Shown here: one piece after another, positions 14,721 to 28,230 of the stretch
How positions within the stretch are numbered: position 1 is the first letter of the stretch
Layout: the number at the start of each line of letters is the position of its first letter
NCBI RefSeq assembly: GCF_006345805.1
Contig: NC_043005.1
Location: 103,230,001 to 103,294,000 of the forward strand
Source of the DNA: Octopus sinensis
Taxonomy: Eukaryota
Reading direction: 5' to 3'
Length of the DNA: 64,000 nt
Position numbers and translations under genes: made by a program
Notes under the pieces: generated by a model
What the model was told of the DNA's origin: nothing
The model's database searches: none
The model's input: only the letters and a program-made list of their open reading frames with translations

Positions 14721-16018
14721 TGACAATGATAATAATAATAATGATAATAATTAAAACAACAATAACAACAATGTGTTATTGAGGATTTAACATTTATATA
14801 CACAGGTTAGTACGATAACATTTTGACATACACTTTTACATATATATATATGTATATATATATGCATATATTATATATATATATATATATACATATATAT
14901 ATGCATGTCTTCAAACGCACGCATATACACGTCAATGTATATATATATATAATATATTATATATACATGCACATATATACATACACGTGTGCCCGTATGC
15001 GTGAGTATATGTGTATAGATAATATTCCAATGAAAATTATTTAAAATCTATAGATTAGGTGAAATTCTTAGGATGTGAATTTAAAGATGGCTGAAGTATT
15101 ACCTAAAATGGGAAGAAACAAAAAGAAATTAGACACTGATTTTGTCTATGAAATGTGTAATGTAACGTGATCGATTAACTAAACAGGACTGTCTACTATG
15201 TATGTCGATATATATATACGCCATTATATGCAATCTTCTGTGGCGTCTTTTAATAATAAACAGGAACAAAATAGCAGTCACCATTTTGAACTTTGATGTT
15301 TTGTTTTTATTTCCTTTATCTTCTTTATTTTCTTACTTTCAAAATTTTCTTTGCATTTTCCAATCAGTCGATTACTTTAACTTCTATTCCTCAAGTTAGT
15401 TATACTTAGGAATGATTATTAGCTCTCAGCTGTGTCCTTTCAGTGTCTTTACGCAAAATCAAATATCAATCAAATCATTTTGCAATTTCATTTCATTTCT
15501 TTTTAATGATTTTTTAACGATATTCCATTGTGTGTTTGCACATCTCAACGTGCTATTATATCGGAGCATGATGTTATCGGTATACGTGTATGCATAAGCC
15601 TATTTTTATTTAAAGTTTATTTAACAGCTTCTAATTACACATTTTGACGTTGTATGTTAATGAATCTTGAGCAAACAGATTACAGAATTGATGCCTACAC
15701 GAACAGCCTCTCACACGCACATATACACATGCTCATGTGTCTATAAACATACATAATGTATACATATGTATATAAAGGTGTGTCTAGATGCTTACTTATA
15801 TAAGTATACGTATCTGTGTGCATATGTATGAATTTATAAATGTGTACGAAATACAAACCACAAGATAAGGAAAAGAAGGCTCACGTTCCATCGGAGAATC
15901 CCATTTAAGGATTTCCTATGAGACGGACACGTGACACCAAGTAAAATGGAGGGCACGCTGAAATTCTCGCCTTCATGCTAACTGTTTGTAAGTGTACGTA
16001 TCCGAGTGTATATGTTGT

Positions 16019-16077
16019 AGTATATATGTAAATGTCTGCACCTATATGTATATATGCTTATACATACATGCAATATG

Positions 16078-16156
<79 letters not shown>

Positions 16157-16270
16157 GTGTATGTATACACACATATATGTGTATTGTGTGTTTATGCATA
16201 CATATATATTTATATACATCTATTTATTTATATACATGAATTCTTATATATTTATATATATATATATATA
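16019..16270 (+). repeat. Microsatellite-rich segment duplicated at 45296-45800 (empty-site copy)
   Basis: ATGTAAATGTCTGCACCTATATG.. and ..GTGTATTGTGTGTTTATGCATAC..CATGAATTCTTAT occur in both copies in the same order. Confidence 0.8.
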
Positions 16271-16332
16271 TATGCATATATATATATATGTGTGTGTTTA
16301 TATATATGGGTAAACAGATATATGTATATGCT

Positions 16333-16370
<38 letters not shown>

Positions 16371-16524
16371 GAGATACACAGACAGAGAAATAGATAGATA
16401 GATAGATAGATAGGTAGGTAGATAGATAGATAGACAGAAAGATAGATAGCTAGATAGATAGATAATATAGATATAGCAATGAATAGAATAAGTGATGAAT
16501 ATAAAAACAAAGATTTTATCCATT

Positions 16525-16584
<60 letters not shown>

Positions 16585-16604
16585 AGGCAGATATATTAAT
16601 AGAC

Positions 16605-16700
<96 letters not shown>

Positions 16701-17923
16701 TTGAAACTTATTTCCTCTAGCCTATCTCCATATCCATTTAAGGATTTAAACACGTACGTCTGCTAACTTAGATGAAATATTTAATGCTCACTTTTTACAT
16801 ATTCTTGTCTGAATTGCTTTTCTATTCCTTATAAATTTTATACGTTTCTGTTTTTCTTTATTAATTCTCTTCCCAGTAAAATATTTATTTAAGTGCGCAG
16901 AGATTTCGCGTTCTGCTACAATCTCAAAACATTGTTCTACTTCGGTTTCGAAATAGTAGAACACGTATTGATTTTAAACAGATCGATATTAACAGAGATT
17001 CTGTTTACTAAGCTCGTGTTTGTTTCATTTTATTTTTTTCTACTTGTTTTATATATTTTTCTTCATTTTTTTTTCATTATTGCATTTTTAATATTATTAT
17101 CATTATTGCTGAATGTTGTTGTTGCTGTTATCAATATTAGTAGTGGTGTTTGTATTAGTATTATTTCGATCATCATCATCATCATCATCATCATTTTAGC
17201 AGTAGCAGTTTTGTTACTTTTTGTCCTTTTCATTCTTTGTTGATCTTGATGCTCCTGTTAACATATCGTTGGTTTTTTTTTATGATTGTGATAATGTTGT
17301 TCTCGCTACTTTAGTACATGCTAATTTTGATATTAATGTTGTAGGATTTAATATCAGCGTTATTGATAATATAAGAGTTGTTTTTGTTCTTGCTCCGATT
17401 ATTTTTATGTGTAGTGGATAGAATTATTGGTGGCTATAGTGGACTTCTTTGTATTGTTAATGGGGTTGGTGTTTAATTATTCGCTTATTAATATTGTTAC
17501 TGCTGTTCTTTAATCCTATATCAGTTCTGATCGAGCAACCCTCTATAATCAAAGATGTTCCAGCTGTGTTGATCCCAGCTTTTGATTTTAGATATAATGT
17601 TTTTAAGGTTACGTTATGAACTCTTTATCATTAAAAAATAATACATTAGGGCATCATATAAGGAAGAATTGGCGATATTTCCATCAGGTCGAAAAATCTG
17701 ATAGAAATAAAGTCTCAACAGGAAAGCGATTGTTCAAATTGTTTTTATTGGCCCATTTAAGAAAGATGATTGATGCGCAGCAACGTAGAACTGTTCATGG
17801 GTTACAGCAACGTAGAACTGTTCATGGGTTAAAGGGGAAATCTGTAGAAATGTACAGAATGAGAAGGTACTTTTTACAAAAGTGCTAATGTAGCCAACGA
17901 GTTACTATTTCCAGCATAATTAA

Positions 17924-19231
17924 TACGAAGTGCATTCCCGAAGTTTTGAGACATTTTTAGGAGAGGCATTTGTAACTGCCAAAAGTTATTGTTAATTTAG
18001 TATATCATTTGTATTCGTCTAATAAGCTGACCAACCAGCATTCATTTTATTACAGACTGAAAGCGACAGCTGTAACAGTACTCTGAACGCCCTCTACTAA
18101 ACACTGCTTGTCAGAGCTGACGAGTTTACAGAATGCAGCTGGGACGTAAAGGCAATTCAGAAGCACGTTAGTTCATAAAATTTTCTACTAAACTGCATAA
18201 AATGTTACAGAAACTTATGAAATGCTCCTGACTGATAATGGAATAACTTTTATGGGTTGGGCATGTTTATCGTTGGCACAAAATATTCAAGGACTGTGGT
18301 GAGGAGGTGAGATACGATGAGGAATGTGGTAGGGAGAGAGACATTAGAACATCCGAGCTGATTATGAAATTTTGCGATTTTCTGAATGATGACTGTCGGG
18401 TGAATATAAAGTCAATAAGAATACAGCCTGGAGTTGCAGTGGTAACTTTACAAAGAATTATTTATTACGTTTGTGCCTTGGGTGCTCATTGACGAACTGA
18501 AACAAAGATGCGTTGGTGACATGAGGGAGATGGTTGAGTTAATTACCTTCAATCTATGTGTGTTTGAGTCTCTGGTAATCTGGGACGAAAGCAGGATTTA
18601 TTAGACCAAGATATTGAGTTCCCATAGGAAGAAGCATCGTTGCTTCCCGGAACACAAGAAGGCTGGACAAAATGAGTCCACCGGGAAGCATATGATGATC
18701 CTCTCTTTTTTTCTTTTGACTCCAAGAGCATCATCTACATAATTTGGATATCTTCTGGTCAAGTGACCGACAAAGAGTATTTTATAAAGGTTTTGTGGGA
18801 GTTCAATAAGAGATTTCGGGACAACAGGCCAAAGTTCTTCCGCTTGGGTCGGGGGCATCTGCACCAGGGCAATGCACCAGTCCTCATCCTGGTAACCCAC
18901 TATTGGGCAGAGATGGCTATCAAAACTGTCGCTCATCCTCCCTACAATCCAGACCTTGCACCCTGTGTCTTTTGATTGTTCCTTATGTTGAAGGAGAACC
19001 TCAATGGCTGTCATTCTGGGGGGATTTCGAAGATGAAGAAGGCTCTGATAAGGATACTGGACATCTTCAATTTGGAAGATTTCCACGGGCCCTTCACGAA
19101 TTGGCTGGAGAGCTACAGCAAGAGCATTGAAGGCAGAGGATCTTGCTTTGAAGGTAATTAGATTTTTGTACTTTGTAATTAATAAATATCTCTCCTGAAA
19201 AAGTCACAAAACTTCTGGAATGCACATTATA
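17924..19231 (+). mobile_element. Full-length decayed mariner (Tc1/mariner) transposon
   Basis: Inverted ends GTGCATTCCCGAAGTTTTGAGAC and GTCACAAAACTTCTGGAATGCAC with TA flanks; 1.3 kb; transposase remnants KHMMILFFDSK, HQGNAPV and HPPYNPDLAPC. Confidence 0.9.
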
Positions 19232-19584
19232 CTATGTGAATGCTACAATTCTTGAAGTTAAAAAAAAAAAAGAAAACTTATTCCATTAATATTTACCTTT
19301 TTAAATTTGAGAACAATCTATTCCACATGATATTTGAATTAATTGAAAATAATTAGGTAAGGAATACATATTTCATTAAATGGGCCTCCTTTCTCCTAGC
19401 AGTTGAGCAACATTTCTGGTGATGTTTCCGCCTAAATGCATCCTCAGCGTAACATTTTCGAGATGATACTGATGTTTTTAACTGATTTGAAGAGTAATTA
19501 TATGTCTTGTGAATGAATTTAAGGTGGCGATATATGACAGAGGAAACTAGCCAAAGGAGCCGGCTGTATGAGAATCATAGTAGT

Positions 19585-19622
<38 letters not shown>

Positions 19623-19815
19623 AGCTTTAGTTGCCGCCGTAAGCCAAGAATTTTGATTTGGTTAAAATGATATCGTTAATAAAGAGAATAATAGCAATCT
19701 AAAAGAATAAGTATGATTTAAAAACTGGTAGAAGCAACTTTGAAATATAAGATATTTAACGTTGATGAAACATCGAACTAATTTTGTGCTTAGTCTGAGC
19801 TTTAGTTTTAAGGTG

Positions 19816-20140
19816 TGAGGGCGCGTGGCTTAGTGGTTAGGGCATTCGGCTCATGATCGTAAGGTTGTGAGTTCGATTCCCGGCGACGCGTTGTGTCCTT
19901 GGGCAAGACACTTTATTTCACGTTGCTCCAGTCCACTCAGCTGGCAAAAATGAGTTGTACTTGTATTTCAAAGGGTCAGCCTTGTCACTCTCTGTGTCAC
20001 GCTGATTATCCCCGAGAACTACGTTAAGGGTACACGTGTCTGTGGAATGCTAAGCCATTTGCACGTTAATTTCACGAGCAAGCTGTTCCGTTGATCGTAT
20101 CAGCTGGGACCCTCGTCGTCGTAACCGGTGGAGTCTTTTT
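19816..20140 (+). mobile_element. tRNA-derived SINE family A, full copy with 15-bp TSD
   Basis: A box TGGCTTAGTGG, B box GAGTTCGATTCC, CORE-like TGTGTCCTTGGGCAAGACACT; TTTAGTTTTAAGGTG duplicated at 19801-19815 and 20141-20155. Confidence 0.9.
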
Positions 20141-20573
20141 TTTAGTTTTAAGGTGGTCATAATTACTTTCGTATATCAGAGGCATCTTGTTATGAATAAA
20201 TATTCCAATAGATTCTTTAATTCCGAACACTAATCATAAAAATGTTTATGCACATATATCCTATATATTTCTCAAGTCAACTTAAATTTATTGTATTCAT
20301 CGATTCCGAGGTGAAAAAAGACTAGAATATAATTTACTTTCATTTTCAGTCTATTTATTAGTACTTTGAATTCATTAAATCTTGCTTTCATGTTTAGAAT
20401 TCGTTGCTCCAATCGACTGCTCCCATCGTTTGGAGTTTAATTTTAACGAATAAGACAATTGAGCTGGAGGACACTTTAATTAATGTTCATGCAACAAGTA
20501 CCCCTGAGAACTTTTTTGCAGTCTTCAGTATTCCTCGTACTGTTGTCGGTCTCTAAATTATATTTAGAAATTA

Positions 20574-20870
20574 GGCGCAGGAGTGGCTGTGTGGTAAGTA
20601 GCTGGTTTACCAACCACACGGTTCCGGGTTCAGTCCCACTGCGTGGCACCTTGAACAAGTGTCTTCTACTATAGTCTCGGGCCGACCAAAGCCTTGTGAG
20701 TGGATTTGGTAGACGGAAACTGAAAGAAGCCCGTCGTATATATGTATATATATACATGTGTGTATGTGTGTCTGTGTTTGTCCCCTTAGCATTGCTTGAC
20801 AACTGATGCTGGTGTGTTTATGTCCCCGTCACTTAGCGGTTCGGCAAAAGAGACCGATAGAATAAGTAGT
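20574..20870 (+). mobile_element. tRNA-derived SINE family B, 3'-truncated
   Basis: TGGCTGTGTGG and GGTTCAGTCCC pol III-like boxes; colinear with 57251-57560. Confidence 0.85.
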
Positions 20871-20879
20871 GGAAGAAAA

Positions 20880-21095
20880 TGTGTTGCGTAAACGAGAGAT
20901 ATTCATATCTTTGCGTGTGTCTAAGAAATTAGTTATTATTGCGATAAATTTCCTATTAACCTCGTGCTGCATGGTCTCAGTAACATTAATAATTATAGCA
21001 ATAATAGTTGTGATTTTAATGCTAACACTAACAATAGTAAGAGAAACAGTAATAGTAACAGTAGTAGTATTAATGGAAATAGTTGTAGCAAAGTA
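20880..21095 (+). repeat. ~215-bp direct duplication, partner at 23293-23507
   Basis: TGTTGCGTAAACGAGAGATATTCA..GTAGCAAAGTA present at both sites. Confidence 0.8.
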
Positions 21096-21250
21096 GCGAA
21101 AATTCTTTGAAAGGACAATTTTCAGGAACTTGCACACGTATAATAATGTGTATTTTTGTTCAACAAGTGTTATACATGCATATTAAGTATAGATGGCATT
21201 CTCTCAATACATTTAAATATGATGTCTGTGAAACCCATATGCACACATAT

Positions 21251-21542
21251 GTGGACTCATTTTATCCAGCCTTCTTGTGTTACGGGAAGCAACGATGCTT
21301 CTTCCTATGGGAACTCAATATCTTGGTCTCTGGATCTTAACAAAAAATCCTGCTTTCGTCACAGACTACCAGAGACTCAAACACACATAGATTGAAGGTA
21401 ATTAACTCAACCATCTCCCTCATGTCACCAACGCATCTTTGTTTCAGTTCGTCAATGAGCACCCAAGGAACAAACGTAATAAATAATTCTTTGTAAAGTT
21501 ACCACTTCGACTCCAGACTGTATTCTTATTGTCTTTATATTC
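21251..21542 (-). mobile_element. Mariner internal fragment, inverted paralog of 18402-18681
   Basis: High-identity reverse complement of the transposase region of the 17924-19231 element. Confidence 0.85.
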
Positions 21543-24166
21543 CAACTATTATTGCTATAATTATTATGTGCGCGCTTGTGTATACAGGTAAAGCTACACT
21601 AGTTAACAAAAATTTTGTTTACGTTGATGGAACAATTAACGCTCTGGATGAGTTGCAGCATCGATAAAGATGAAGTGTAACTATATCTGATTCTTAAAAA
21701 GCAAACATAGCAAGATATTTTAAGAACATAAGACACTGTACACTCTTCAACTATAATCGGTAAAGTGTTTTGTATTACGGATACAATTCATCCGGCGGCC
21801 TTCATTACAGTTTCTGGCCATACAGTTTCACTCTTAAATTATGATTTGACCAGAGCAATAGAAAATATTTGCCCGTGATGTTATGCTGGTGGTTCGAACT
21901 TAGTTTCTTACAGCGAGGAAGTGTACTTAAACTATTTCGCCATAGTGCGCCCAGAGTCTCATTGTGTGATGCAAATAAATAAAAAGTTACTCTCTTTTGT
22001 AAGTAATCTCTTATTTCATCTAAAGAAAAGTAAGACCCTTTCCACTTACAGGGGTGAGTAATATGCCATCACGAGACTCTATACAGCTTTAACTATTGAG
22101 GGAAGCTTCTCGTAATATAAGATTTGATTTTGTAAAGAAAGTTTAAATATCCTTAACGCAATATCTATTCTAGTATTATATTTGCTTTCCCTGCACGTAT
22201 CCGCTGATTTCACTTTATACATTTGTATACAGGGAAATCCCATATAGCGTATCGTGTTATATGCAGCTTTTATTTCCTGGTTATTTATGAGAACGCTGAT
22301 AATATATCAGTTGAGGTGCTTTGTTGATTATTGCTGCTTCGGAATTAATATGAGGTTGATAATTCAAATATATTTGTTTCATTCATATTTGAATCTTCTG
22401 ATATATACAAGATACATGCAGCCATTTGAAAGCAGATACGTTCATGAGAATGATATTGATATTTATCGGAACTTGCAGAGATAAAGAGCTGTTGCAATGA
22501 GGAACAGAATGCGTATATATGTTTGACATTGCATTTAGTAGTTAACTGTTGTAAATTAGGACGAGATCGACGGAAGTGCCTGGTCAGGGAATTTTCTTAT
22601 ATTAACCTGTGGAATTGAAATGAATAAATGTTCACAGCAAAAATGGATTTGTTAAATACGTTGAAGCTAACTGAACGATCGCACTTTATACTGGGGCGGT
22701 GGCAAGGAAGTTCTCAAAATAATTCTTTTTTCCTACAGCCACAAACGTAATACTTGTACATTGAGTTAGTGATTGATGCGTCTCTAATGATGCAAATCCA
22801 ATAAAATTTAAGGCTCAGTATGAAGCGATGATGGAATGAAAACATATCTTGAATTGTGCTCCATGCTTCCGGGGAAAATTAAAATATAGTTACTCATTGC
22901 AAATAAGGTTTTGTATTTTTTGCGTTTCTTGCCATGAAATCATTTCTTATTATTCGTTTGATACACTCTACATTCAAAAGGTTTATAGTAGCTATTACTG
23001 AGAGTCTAGTCTTTGTTTTTCATTATCGTCACTAGATCGATTAAATTATAATACAGGAAGTGTATTACACATATTCAAAATTCTGCCAATGCTATACTAT
23101 GATCTCTATCATACTATACTATGATCTATACTATGATATCTGTCAAGATAGAGGAATAGGTCAAACAAGAAGAATTCCACAAAATAAATTTCGTAAGTCT
23201 GAAATCAGAGTAGAAATTCTACGGATATCCTTTTTTTACCTGAAGTTTATATGAAAATTTTTTATGTAGTAAGAGAAAATCTAAGTTAAATATGTTGCGT
23301 AAACGAGAGATATTCACATCTTTGCCTGTGTCTAAGAAATTAGTTATTATTGCGATAATAAGTAAATTATCTATTAACCTCGTACTCCATGGTCTCAGTA
23401 ACATTAATAATTATAACAATAATAGCTGAAATGTTAATGCTAACACTAACAATAGTAAGAGAAACAGTAATAGTAATAGTATTAATGGAAATAGCTGTAG
23501 CAAAGTATTGACAATACAAAATATTTCAGAAATGTTATAATATATACAGATGGTGGGATCTGTATTGATTACCTTTTGATGTGTACAACGGAATGCAACA
23601 AACGTAACTTGATCTTTGTTGGTTGCACAACGAGAAAATAATAAAATATATGAAAGATACAATGGACATTGTTATGACGTCAGGTTGTTCGACGGAAATT
23701 GCCAAACATTCTCCATCAAACGGCTGTAAAGCTGCACAGTCTCAGAAAATATATACTGACTGTACCACAGGTTCAGTCCTCAAAACACACGAGGATATAC
23801 ATGCTTGTGAATTACTCACGCCACGCCCTGGAGGAATGAAACAAGCCTGACGGGAGAATTCCATCACATTTACTCGAAATATTTTGACTAAGTGTTCTCT
23901 TTTCTGTTTTTTTTTTCTTCTTTTCTTCATTGTTTTCCTTGTTATCAGTTACGGAAAAGTCATTGGTTTAAATAGAAATGCAAGATATTCCCGTTCATAT
24001 TTTGACGTTATGTTTCTATGCATTTAAAAAAAATTTTCATTTGAAACCGAGGAAGATAAACTTATTGTCAAAATATTATTCAACTCAATGAACACAGTCA
24101 GTCACTATATATATTACAAATAATATCGTGCTCATCTTATCTCTTAATAATAACAACAACAACAAC

Positions 24167-24217
<51 letters not shown>

Positions 24218-24219
24218 CC

Positions 24220-24765
24220 TTTCCCTGAAATTTAGTATGTGTGGACTAGTCGATTACGTCAACCCCAGAAATACCTATTTCTTTACTACCCACAAGGGGC
24301 TAAACACAGAAAGGACAAACAAGCTGATTAAGTCGATTATATCGACCCCAGTGCGTAACTGGTACTTATTTAATCGAATCCGAAAGGATGAAAGGCAAAG
24401 TCGACCTCGGCGGAATTTGAACTTAGAACGTAGCGGCAGATGATATACCACTAAGCATTTCGCCTGGCGTGCTAACGATTCTGTCGTCTCTCCGCTGTAA
24501 TACTACTACTATTACTCTTAATAATAATAGTAACCCATTCTACAATAGATACAAGGCCAGAAATTTTGGGGGAGAGGTTAAGTCGATTACATTCACCCCG
24601 GTACTCCATTGGTACTCAATTTATCGACCCCGAAAAATGAAATGAAAGCAAAGTCGACTACGGCGGAATTTGAACTCAGAACCGAATCACGGAGGAAATG
24701 TCAAGAAGCATTATTGCCCGGTGTACGAACGATTTTGCCAGTTCACCGATTAAATGCAGCTTCTG
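24220..24765 (-). mobile_element. Two SINE family C copies
   Basis: GAAAGGATGAAAGGCAAAGTCGACCTCGGCGGAATTTGAAC at ~24385 and a related block at ~24640. Confidence 0.8.
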
Positions 24766-25589
24766 CAACAATAACCAATAACATTATTATTATAACTACC
24801 ATCAATACTACCAGTGCTACGACCATACTATGAATTCTGCAACCACTACCTTTACGATCACTGCCACTACTCCTTTTTTTCACCACCATTGCTACTTCTC
24901 TTCTTCAATCGCACCAAGTATTATCTTCACCTACTAGTACAACTACTAGTACAACCAGCTCAGCTACACTTGACACTAACTCTGTCACTATCACTACTGT
25001 GAGAGCCAGCACCACCGTCGTCAGAATGGTATTCGAAACGTCATTATGTAATAGTTATACCTGATTTATTTCTTTTAGTTTATTTTATAAAGATATCAAT
25101 GATAAATCATAATAACAGAATTGTTTGATAAGTTGTCTTTTTCCCCGAAATGTTGCATAGAAGGGAATAAACAACATATGCTTATTACACAGTGAAATAA
25201 ATGTCGTATTCTTTGGCAAAAGGAAATATTTGAATTTATATAGTAAAATATAAAATAGCTCCATATCTTTGTAGGCGTCTGGCAATTTTAGAATAATTTA
25301 TGCTTGCATTGTTGTGTGTTTTTCATTCATTTTTTCTTATATATAATTTCATATAGAAAAAAGGATTTTAGTCATGCCTGCAATTTCAAGTGGTCTATAG
25401 AGCAATAAAATATTTTACCCATACACATATATAGGCACACACTCACACAAGTATATAAACACACGCCTACCCAAATGTATGTGTGTGGTGTGTGAGTTTG
25501 CATGTATCGATATATCTATATGTACACACACCCTAGATACAATATGTGTGTGTACCTATCTATCTATCTATATCTCTCTTTCTACACAC

Positions 25590-25698
<109 letters not shown>

Positions 25699-25956
25699 GT
25701 GTGTGTATGTGTGTGTCTCTGTGTGTGTATGTTTGTGTGTATGTAGATGTCTGAAGTACTAAGATACATTTTACTTAATTAAGAGCTGTTGAAACATGTT
25801 AAACGTACCTGAATTTGTAAATTATTTTAATACCAGATTGCCGAGGAACAGAACACACAGTTTAGACTAAAGAAGTTGTTAAATTACAATAGATAGCTCT
25901 CATAGCATGCCCGTTTGGACTGATGGATGTATTTCTGACTCGTTTCGTTTCTTCAG

Positions 25957-25998
25957 CACCAGACACCAAAAGAAAGCAACTCTGAGTTGACAAGCAAG
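25957..25998 (+). CDS. Candidate 42-nt phase-0 exon (HQTPKESNSELTSK)
   Basis: CTGAC branch-like site, TCGTTTCGTTTCTTCAG acceptor, AAG|GTAAGC donor; only frame 0 open; no homology recognised. Confidence 0.3.
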
Positions 25999-26596
25999 GT
26001 AAGCAAACCTACCTTTATTGTAAAACACTAAATATTAATCACGGTTATATATTAAGCTTCCGAACTGAAACATGTGTGAGTACATGCACGAGACAAGACG
26101 GAAAATATACAAACTGATGACCAGTTCAGATATGTCTGAGGGTAGTTGAAGCCCTAAAATATTTGCACTGCAGTTTATTGTGTTGAAAACTATTCTCAAT
26201 TAGCACAAATAGGTGTTAAAACATTATAGTCAGCACTGTTTTCTATTGGAACTCGTTCTCTTCTCAGTACCAGATAGCAAGCGAGACAACTCTGAACTGA
26301 TTACAAATCAAAGTTTCCGTTATCGTAAATCAACGAATATTTTTTGACTGCGCATGTAAATAACCAGGGCGGAAGTAATGCAAGAAAAGATGTATGAAAC
26401 AAGTGCTAAATTCATCCATTAGTCCAATAGGGTGAGCTCTAAGCTGAATATGGTGTTAAAGCGATTCTTTCTCTTAAGCGAAAAACCGCAGTGAATAGCA
26501 TTTATAGGTTCAAATATCTCTGAAACATTTGAACTCTTGTTAACATTCTATACACAAATGCACAGAGACATGTAAATATACATACATATCGTATAA

Positions 26597-27206
26597 GAAA
26601 TTACAGGGTAAATGTTTTTTTAATTTTCTCCTGGTTTGCGGAATTGATGTTATTTTGCGGTTGAAGCTTTGGCTGTTATTCTAGTGGGTGAATGGCCTAT
26701 TATGGCCATTCCTTGATTGTGATGTTGAACTTATAAATGGTCTATGACTATTTAATTTTTTCCCACTAGGCCGCTGGTGGCAAATAAATTCTACGAAATT
26801 TTTTGCCACCCTATATTGATTAATTATGAATTTTCTGGTTAATTCCGTAATGGAATCGGCGGCTTATATTTGCTGCCGATAAATTTGGCGCGAGTGCAAT
26901 GATTTGAAAATTTTAGGTCAGATATTGCCGAGGCAGGGATAGAGATGCCTCGTGATAATATCTGCTCGGATCTTGGCTGTTTCTTACTGACGAATCTATC
27001 GGCCTATGGAAGATTGGCTTGATTTAATTTAATCAGGTTAGTTTACCATTAAACAATAGATGAAACGGTGCATCGTATAAGAAATTACAGGGTAAATGTT
27101 TTTTTAATTTTCTCCTGGTTTGCGGAATTGATGTTATTTTGCGGTTGAAGCTTTGGCTGTTATTTCTAGTGGGTGAATGGCCTATTATGGCCATTCCTTG
27201 ATTGTG

Positions 27207-27207
<1 letters not shown>
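26597..27207 (+). repeat. ~125-bp near-identical direct repeats (26597-26722 and 27078-27207) around a ~355-bp core
   Basis: AAGAAATTACAGGGTAAATG..CCATTCCTTGATTGTGAT present twice. Confidence 0.85.
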
Positions 27208-27241
<34 letters not shown>

Positions 27242-27261
27242 ATATATACATACAACGACCT

Positions 27262-27492
27262 CGAACCCGAAAGAGTAAACAAGAGAGACAGAGACAGGCA
27301 GAAACAAGGAACATTCCACTTGTATTTGAACACTCTACAAATATTCTTTTAAAAAAACTTTTCTTTTAATTTTTCTAAATTTAATTATTTAATATTTAAT
27401 TGTTACAGTTGAAAAAGTCTCAATGACTGAAACCGGTACCGAAACTGTTTTTTATAAAATTATTTTAGCATTTTCTATCTTGACTGTTTCCA
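27262..27492 (+). mobile_element. ~230-bp hammerhead-bearing element, copy 2
   Basis: Reverse complement of 3401-3630; lies between (TA)n and (CA)n. Confidence 0.65.
27404..27443 (+). ncRNA. Minimal type I hammerhead motif, U3:A8 core variant
   Basis: CAG-UUGAAAA-AGUC(UCAAU)GACU-GAA-ACCGGU-A/CCG; perfect 4-bp helix II, one helix I mismatch. Confidence 0.55.
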
Positions 27493-27591
27493 TACACACA
27501 TATACACACACACACATACACACACACACACACACACACTCACACACACACACCGCGCACACTCACACACATACATATATATATATATTAA

Positions 27592-28228
27592 TACAGTCAG
27601 CTAGGTGCAATATAATGCCATACAGGAATATTTTTAACGTCCCTAATTGGGACTGAAGGTGCCGAAGAACATATATTGCAAGAAATAAGTGTTAAAAGAT
27701 CTTAACGCTGTAAGAAGGGCGCAATATATATACACTAACAGAGGAGGTGACAGCCCCATGAAAGACTCTAGGATGACTAGAATAGACTAGTTTTGCCTCT
27801 CAGCAGGGACTATACAAACGCTCGATTGATTGGCTGAATCCGGCTGTCAGTGTATATATTTTACATTAAATATTTATGGCTGATTTAGCGAAATATTAAT
27901 GCGTATCTCGGCGCAATATAATACCATAAAGTAAAAATTTTATCGTCACTCTTATTTTTTGCAATATAGGTATTTCGGCACCTTCAGTCACAATAAGGGA
28001 TGATAAAATTTTTCGTTTGAGGTGTTATATTGCGCCGAGCTGTTTATATTAATATTCAATATACGCATAAGCATTTAGCTAAATCAGTCATAACTTATCA
28101 TGGTAAAAATATATACACTGACAGCCGGATGTGCCCATACCATCGAAACTATGGTTGATTGGCGAAACTAGTCTAGTCTAAGGATCCTAGAGATGCTTAT
28201 GCATGGTTATCTCCCCTGTCAGTATATA
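27592..28228. mobile_element. Nested inverted-repeat (fold-back/MITE-like) structure
   Basis: 27728-27905 is inverted relative to ~28060-28228; the central 27906-28050 has CTCGGCGCAATATAA/TTATATTGCGCCGAG ends; 27592-27700 is an inverted relative of the centre. Confidence 0.6.
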
Positions 28229-28230
28229 CA

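Noticed and set aside
19405-19455. Minus-strand CTGAGGA-UGC..GCG-GAAACAUC
   Set aside because: Core and helix II are plausible but there is no helix I complementarity; possibly a decayed motif.
25935-25960. Minus-strand CTGAAGA-AAC-GAAACGAGUC
   Set aside because: No helix II or helix I; better explained as a plus-strand polypyrimidine tract.
28115-28180. CTGACA-GCC..GGC-GAAACTAGTC
   Set aside because: Lacks the essential G8, and helix I does not pair.
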